In this document: positions 59,027 through 64,000 of the stretch, piece by piece
How the letters are laid out: every line of letters starts with the position of its first letter
How positions within the stretch are numbered: position 1 is the first letter of the stretch
Source: a virus
Virus record (IMG/VR): IMGVR_UViG_3300047442_000001
Span: 1-64,000 of that record
DNA: 64,000 nt
Reading direction: 5' to 3' (one strand)
Notes under the pieces: generated by a model
Seen by the model: only the letters and a program-made list of their open reading frames with translations
Databases searched by the model: none
What the model was told of the DNA's origin: nothing
Translations under genes and position numbers: made by a program

Positions 59027-60682
59027 ATGAAGAGACTACTTGTTACTTTGTCTGCTTTGTTCGTTGTCGTATCGGCGGTTGCGCAGAACTCACCCACGAC
59101 CGGACCATCGGGCTCGATCAGGTCGGGAACCACCGATCCTTCGACGTGTCGTCCTCGTGCGCTCAACGTGTTCCTCAATAGATCGGTTGTTCCTTCGGTT
59201 CTCAAGGTCTGTACAGATTCGAACACGTGGACAGCGGTCACGCTTGGCGGCATCACACAGGCTGCCGCCGATCTTCGCTATCTCAAGCTTGCTGCGGACA
59301 ATGATCCGTTGACAGGTGGGCTCAGAACGATCAACGGCACCGCGGCAACTCCGGCAATCGACTCTGCTGCCGGCGCCGGGGTCCACTTCACCTCTACCGC
59401 CTTCGGAATCGATGCCGCTGGAGTCACCACAACGATCTGTGGTGTCGGTTGCGCGGCAGGGTCCAGTGGCACCTATGCATGGACTGGTACGGCTGACGCC
59501 ACTGCCACTGCCGACTTGAAGCTGGCGCGCGGCGGCGCGAAGCTGCTCGACATTCTGGGATCATCGGCCGGTGGGCTTCGGATCGACGTCACCAACTTCA
59601 CGGCAACGCGCGCGTGGGGCTTCAACCTCGACGCGGCGGATACGTTCGTCGGGCTTGTCGGCGTGCAGACGTTGACGAACAAGACGTTGACCTCTCCGGT
59701 GCTCACCACGCCTTCGCTCGGCGTAGCAACCGCTACGACGATCAACAAAGTCACGATCACGCCGGTTGCCACATCGTCGACGCTATCGATCGCTGACGGC
59801 TTCGCGCTCGTCGTACCGGGCAATGCTACGATCAGCGGCACGAATACCGGCGACCAGTTGTCGATCTCCGGCAACGCCGGGACCGCGACCGCGCTTCAAA
59901 ACGCGCGCACGATCAACGGCGATTCGTTTGACGGCACCGCGAATATCCAGAACACGCTCGCGTCGGCGGACTTCGCGAATCAAGGCACGACGACGACCGT
60001 GTATCACGGTGCAGCGGCAGGTAATCCCTCCTTCGGTGCCGTGGTCAGCGCCGACATGAACATCACCACGACTTCATGTTCCAGCCAAGTGGTCACCGCG
60101 ATCTCGGCGGGCGGCGTGGGCACGTGTTCAGGTATCACTGGGTCGTGGGTGAGCGCCGGCACGATCGCGACGGCGCGCGGCGGCACGAACATCGACACGA
60201 GCGGTTCGACCGGCGTTCCGAAGATCGTAGCTGGCACGTGGTCAGTTACCGAAGACTGCTACGGCTCCCTCAACGCGAACTTCACGAGTTCCTCCGCTAC
60301 GCCGTCGTCGACGAACCTCACATGCAACGTGACAAGCGGCCGAACGTACGCGTTCCGAACCATTCTATTCGTGAGCGAATCGGTGGCGGCGGAAGGGATC
60401 AAGATTAACTTTAACAGTGGTCCGATCACCGCTACTGACTTCCGAGCACATTGCACCCTGTTCGATACTGCGCTTTTACTATCGGCTCAGATCTCGAGCA
60501 TCGGTTCGAGCGTCGCGCAAGCGACAATGACTGGATCAAGCATGGTCGAGTGCTACGGCTCGCTCGTTCCTTCGTCGACCGGCGCGTTCGGAATTCAGGC
60601 CGGACAGAACACCCATGCGACCGGCACCTTGACCGTGTTCCGTGGATCGCATTTCCAAGTGAAGGAGTCGAGCGCCCTATGA
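59027..60682 (+). CDS. tail-fibre-like protein with N-terminal signal-peptide-like sequence
   Basis: Frame 58991..60682; ATG 59027 after GAGGA; MKRLLVTLSALFVVVSAVA|QN; TLTNKTLTSP.. and ALQNARTINGDSFDGTANIQ resemble fibre repeat motifs. Confidence 0.65.
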   Translation: MKRLLVTLSALFVVVSAVAQNSPTTGPSGSIRSGTTDPSTCRPRALNVFLNRSVVPSVLKVCTDSNTWTAVTLGGITQAAADLRYLKLAADNDPLTGGLRTINGTAATPAIDSAAGAGVHFTSTAFGIDAAGVTTTICGVGCAAGSSGTYAWTGTADATATADLKLARGGAKLLDILGSSAGGLRIDVTNFTATRAWGFNLDAADTFVGLVGVQTLTNKTLTSPVLTTPSLGVATATTINKVTITPVATSSTLSIADGFALVVPGNATISGTNTGDQLSISGNAGTATALQNARTINGDSFDGTANIQNTLASADFANQGTTTTVYHGAAAGNPSFGAVVSADMNITTTSCSSQVVTAISAGGVGTCSGITGSWVSAGTIATARGGTNIDTSGSTGVPKIVAGTWSVTEDCYGSLNANFTSSSATPSSTNLTCNVTSGRTYAFRTILFVSESVAAEGIKINFNSGPITATDFRAHCTLFDTALLLSAQISSIGSSVAQATMTGSSMVECYGSLVPSSTGAFGIQAGQNTHATGTLTVFRGSHFQVKESSAL

Positions 60683-62787
60683 CCAGTCTACGAAACTTAG
60701 CCGTCGCGTCCTTAGCAACGTTGACGCTGCTTCTCTGCGCCCCTTCAGCGTCCGCCCTCGGTCGTCTCCAGAGCTACGTCGAACGTGGCGGCGCCGACGT
60801 CCTCGTCAACCTGTCGGGGTCCAGAATCGACGCTCAGCGCTCGTGCCCAGGTGCTTCAGTCCTAGTCCGCAAAACCGGGACGATCACGAACGCGGTGATC
60901 TATTCAAATTCGACTCTGACGCTCAAGTCGAATCCGTTCACGGCGGACCTTCTTGGTTCCTTCGACTTCTACACAAACGAGTCCTCGGTCGACATCCAGT
61001 TCACCGGTTGCGGTTCGACGTGGACTCGGTATTTCAACGTCACGTCCGGCGGAGGCTCGACCGGAGGCGCGATTGCGTGCGCGAATGCAGCGGCGGACCA
61101 GACGGCCATTGCAGCTGCGATTGCGGCAGTACCGGTCGCTGGAGGCTCCGTAGAAATCGGCTCGGGGCGCTGTGCTATTACTGCAAACTTAGCCTTTCCG
61201 GCCAACACCACTTTGAAAATCGACCAAGGTGCGGAGTTCTACATCGATCCTGCGGTCACCGTTACGATCAGCGGTCCGTTCGATGCTGGCCGGTACGGGG
61301 TCTTCACTCTGGTGGACTCGTCCACCTCCGTAGTGTCCCTCGGTGGTCTGACACCGCACGTCTATCCGGAGTGGTTCGGCACTGGAGCCTCGGCGATGCA
61401 GGCGGCTATCAACGCGACCTATACGCTGCATCAGCCTGTCGTGCTCGGAGCCGCCAAATACTCGATCGGTACCACGACCGCCAACATCACCAGTAGCTAC
61501 ACCAGGATCATTTCTGAATTCGCACAGGAGCGCGACGGCTACGCCTCTTCGCCTGTCACGAACACGTGGGGCACGATCGAATACACCGGCACCGGCACCG
61601 CGATCAAAGTGGGCAAATCCTTCGGCGTCACGGGTGATCGCATCCAAGGGTTTCAACTCGACCACGTCCGGATCATCTGTACGAACCTCAATGCGTCCGC
61701 GCTGGACCTGTGGACCGCGGTCAACTTCGAGCTCCGCAGCGTGTCCGTTCACAACGTCAACGTCGCCGCGCCCGCGGGCTCCGGGAACTTCGGCATTCGG
61801 GTCCGTGGCTACATCAACTCGGTCATCGACTCGACCGAAGTGAATGGATTCTTCGAGGGAATCGCGCTCGAGTCCTTCGCGGGAGCCGGCGGCGATCTAC
61901 CGTCAGGTACCGTGGCTACCACGATTACCTTCATCGGAGCCAATCTCATCGGCTACTGCAACACGGGCATACGCGTCACGGGAGCATTCTTCGAGATTGG
62001 TGACCACGTCGAGTTCAACGGGATCTCGTCGCGATGCCTGCGTCTCGATGCTTCGATCGGTCACGTTTCGCACGCTTGGTTCGAGAACGTGGGTACGGCC
62101 AAGTGTCTTTCGCTCACCAACTCTTCGCGGCTCCACGTTACCAATTCCACGCTCAACAACCACTCCACGGCTCAGTACATGGTGGAGATGCCCGTGGGCT
62201 CGGGAGCGTCGTTCCTGTGGCTCAACGACTGCACGTTCATTCACGCGCACGCGACTCCGCGGCTCATCGACCAGACCAACTTTTCAACCTCGTCGCGGGT
62301 GTTGATCTCCAATCCCCACATTCACCTCTCGCCCAACTTCAAGATCAGCACGACCACTTACCCTTCGTCGTTGACGCATGGCGAACGCGTCATCGTTACG
62401 TCGATGCGTGAACAGATCGTTGGGTATCACATCACCCTTCTTCCGGCGAACGCCACCACCGCGCTCTTCGACGTGCACTTCGCTGAATCGGTCGGAGTCA
62501 ACTTCTCCAGCGTCTCGCGTGCGGGTCACGTAGTCGGTCTGCGTCTGCTGTTCTCCACGAGCCCCGCGGCGACTCCGTACAATTACGCGGTAAAAAAGAA
62601 CGGGGCCACTATATTCAGCGAAAGCGGCTCCGGAGCGGTGGTCTTGACCCGTTGGGCTGAGTACTACGCCTTCACCTTCGCGGCCGGCGACCTTCTGTCG
62701 ATCGAGGTCACCACTCCGGTTGGCTTCACTCCATGTGAAGTGTACGCGGAGCTGATCACCGCCCAAGGGTACGACGGCATCCAGTAG
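60679..62787 (+). CDS. right-handed beta-helix (pectate-lyase-like) tailspike/depolymerase-like protein with signal-peptide-like N-terminus
   Basis: Frame 60451..62787; ATG 60679 overlaps upstream stop (ATGA); MTSLRNLAVASLATLTLLLCAPSASA|LG; AADQTAIAAAIAAVPVAGGSVEIGSGRCAI..TLKIDQGAEF. Confidence 0.6.
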   Translation: MTSLRNLAVASLATLTLLLCAPSASALGRLQSYVERGGADVLVNLSGSRIDAQRSCPGASVLVRKTGTITNAVIYSNSTLTLKSNPFTADLLGSFDFYTNESSVDIQFTGCGSTWTRYFNVTSGGGSTGGAIACANAAADQTAIAAAIAAVPVAGGSVEIGSGRCAITANLAFPANTTLKIDQGAEFYIDPAVTVTISGPFDAGRYGVFTLVDSSTSVVSLGGLTPHVYPEWFGTGASAMQAAINATYTLHQPVVLGAAKYSIGTTTANITSSYTRIISEFAQERDGYASSPVTNTWGTIEYTGTGTAIKVGKSFGVTGDRIQGFQLDHVRIICTNLNASALDLWTAVNFELRSVSVHNVNVAAPAGSGNFGIRVRGYINSVIDSTEVNGFFEGIALESFAGAGGDLPSGTVATTITFIGANLIGYCNTGIRVTGAFFEIGDHVEFNGISSRCLRLDASIGHVSHAWFENVGTAKCLSLTNSSRLHVTNSTLNNHSTAQYMVEMPVGSGASFLWLNDCTFIHAHATPRLIDQTNFSTSSRVLISNPHIHLSPNFKISTTTYPSSLTHGERVIVTSMREQIVGYHITLLPANATTALFDVHFAESVGVNFSSVSRAGHVVGLRLLFSTSPAATPYNYAVKKNGATIFSESGSGAVVLTRWAEYYAFTFAAGDLLSIEVTTPVGFTPCEVYAELITAQGYDGIQ

Positions 62788-62847
62788 CTTCACCCACTGC
62801 GTTCACTTCAGTCACCGTTTACCGTCTCCGTGAATATAGTCAAGGTG

Positions 62848-62876
62848 TTGACTTCTTTCTCTGTTGTGCCCACACT
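62848..62876 (+). promoter_or_regulatory. promoter candidate TTGACT-N17-CACACT with AGTCAA-N4-TTGACT inverted repeat (62838-62853)
   Basis: Read directly in the gap after the tailspike-like gene. Confidence 0.35.
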
Positions 62877-62914
62877 CCAGCTCGAAACAGCAACTTAAAC
62901 GAAGGAGTCAACCG

Positions 62915-63025
62915 ATGCGCGGCTACGGAAAGAAAATCAAGATGACCTCCAGCGCGAAACCGAAGAAAGTCGGCAACATCGTCACCAATGCCTCCAAGGC
63001 GCCGATCAAGGGCATCAAGGGCTGA
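62915..63025 (+). CDS. 36-aa Lys-rich peptide (below ORF-track cutoff)
   Basis: ATG 62915 lies 7 nt after GAAGGAG; MRGYGKKIKMTSSAKPKKVGNIVTNASKAPIKGIKG. Confidence 0.35.
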   Translation: MRGYGKKIKMTSSAKPKKVGNIVTNASKAPIKGIKG

Positions 63026-63046
63026 AGTCTAAGAACTGAGATCGAA

Positions 63047-63517
63047 GTGCCCAAGAGCTTGATCGCCAGACCCCCGGACTCCGACGCGAACGACAAATCG
63101 GATCGCGTCGGCGGCGGCTTCGATCCGATGTCCCCTCCGCAACGTTCCTACCACCGCGAACGCGAGTCCGAAGCGAAGCAGAACGCGACAGCGCTACTTG
63201 GCTTCGGCGACGGCAAGTCGGCTTCAATCGACCCAAGTGAAGGTGGTGTCGCGGGACTCCGTTCGGCTGCGGTCGCGGGGCTCCTCAAGAATCTCCAGAT
63301 GTTGTCGATGACCGCGGTAGACGTTCCTCCTGAAGTGTCGATGTGGCTCGACAACCTGATGCAGACCCTTCCTCAACTCAATTCACAGATGGCGTCGGCT
63401 GAGCCCTACCTCGGCGGCTTGATTCAACCGTCGCCCGTCCAGTCTCCGGTGCCGGCTCCGATGCCACCGATGCCACAACCGGCGCAGTTGCCTATGTCAC
63501 CGAACCCGATGATGTAG
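63047..63517 (+). CDS. hypothetical protein with Pro/Met-rich C-terminus
   Basis: 156-aa ORF; GTG start; weak RBS. Confidence 0.4.
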   Translation: MPKSLIARPPDSDANDKSDRVGGGFDPMSPPQRSYHRERESEAKQNATALLGFGDGKSASIDPSEGGVAGLRSAAVAGLLKNLQMLSMTAVDVPPEVSMWLDNLMQTLPQLNSQMASAEPYLGGLIQPSPVQSPVPAPMPPMPQPAQLPMSPNPMM

Positions 63518-63675
63518 TTTTGACCAAAGTCCAAGTTCGAAGCCCGAAGTCCAAAATGAACAGTTCCACCTACCGTTGTCCATCGTCTAGCTACCGGGAC
63601 CAGTCCCCGTCTTCGTCTTCACTTTGCTCCATGTCGACGCGGACCGGAAGGTAGACGGGAGAGAAGGAAAACATC

Positions 63676-64000
63676 ATGGCGAAAGCAAAACAGGTTGATC
63701 CCCGCGAGTGGCTCAAGAAGACACTCGAAGCCAACACCAAGCTCACTCCAGAGCAGCGGACCGCGGCCTTGGCCGCGTTCGACGACGACGACACGCTCTC
63801 GGCGTTCAATCAAGAGTACGTGCCGGTGCCCACTTTCAAGTCCGAGATGCAGAAGCGCGACGACAAGATCAAGGAAGTGGAAGGCTGGAACGTGGGTTGG
63901 ATCAACGAGCATATCGCCACCCTTCGCCGGCTTGGTGCCGTGGACGCACTCAAGGCGTTCGCCAAGCAGTATGATCTCGAGCTCGACCTGTCGGACTTGG
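63676..64000 (+). CDS. partial ORF running off the window end (scaffold-like: acidic, helical)
   Basis: ATG 63676 after GAGAAGGAAA; MAKAKQVDPREWLKKTLEANTKLTPEQRTAALAAFDDDD...; no stop before nt 64000, so absent from the ORF track. Confidence 0.45.
   Translation, partial: MAKAKQVDPREWLKKTLEANTKLTPEQRTAALAAFDDDDTLSAFNQEYVPVPTFKSEMQKRDDKIKEVEGWNVGWINEHIATLRRLGAVDALKAFAKQYDLELDLSDL

Noticed and set aside
60451-60678. 76-codon N-terminal extension of the tailspike-like ORF
   Set aside because: It overlaps the fibre-like gene out of frame. ATG 60679 overlaps the fibre stop (ATGA) and begins a signal-peptide-like sequence.

Overview
GC-rich 64-kb stretch that reads as most of a tailed dsDNA phage genome or prophage. 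I saw no cellular housekeeping genes, rRNA, tRNA or CRISPR array. A ~1-kb non-coding, repeat-dense hub (45769-46787) fires two divergent arms. The rightward (+) arm carries small early-type genes (46.8-52.4 kb), the large terminase (52658-54817), a putative portal (56719-58653), a tail-fibre-like and a beta-helix tailspike-like protein (59.0-62.8 kb), and a scaffold-like ORF that runs off the window end. The + strand resumes at the window start with virion/tail/ejection-type proteins (17-14016), including a 1411-aa protein and a 715-aa protein with an HExxH motif. These are followed by membrane proteins and a TM-anchored PAS-domain protein (14.1-15.35 kb). The leftward (-) arm runs from 45768 down to 15536. 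It holds about 50 small ORFs, most joined by start/stop overlaps, many of them Cys-rich zinc-ribbon types, plus RHH and XRE regulators. It also encodes an XPD/DinG-like helicase, MazG-like protein, PD-(D/E)XK nuclease, AAA_24-like ATPase, NADAR/YbiA-like protein, ERCC4 nuclease, lysozyme-family protein and a UDG-fused family A DNA polymerase. The two arms converge near 15.4 kb on a 17-bp inverted repeat. Sigma70-type TTGACT promoters embedded in a 14-bp palindrome (TGACT-NN-AGTCA) recur at module boundaries. No integrase, phage RNA polymerase or recognisable major capsid gene was seen. All functional calls rest on motifs recognised by eye, no searches were run, and most ORFs remain hypothetical. 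Many starts were moved from the ORF-track start to a downstream start codon that overlaps the upstream stop (ATGA, GTGA, TGATG).
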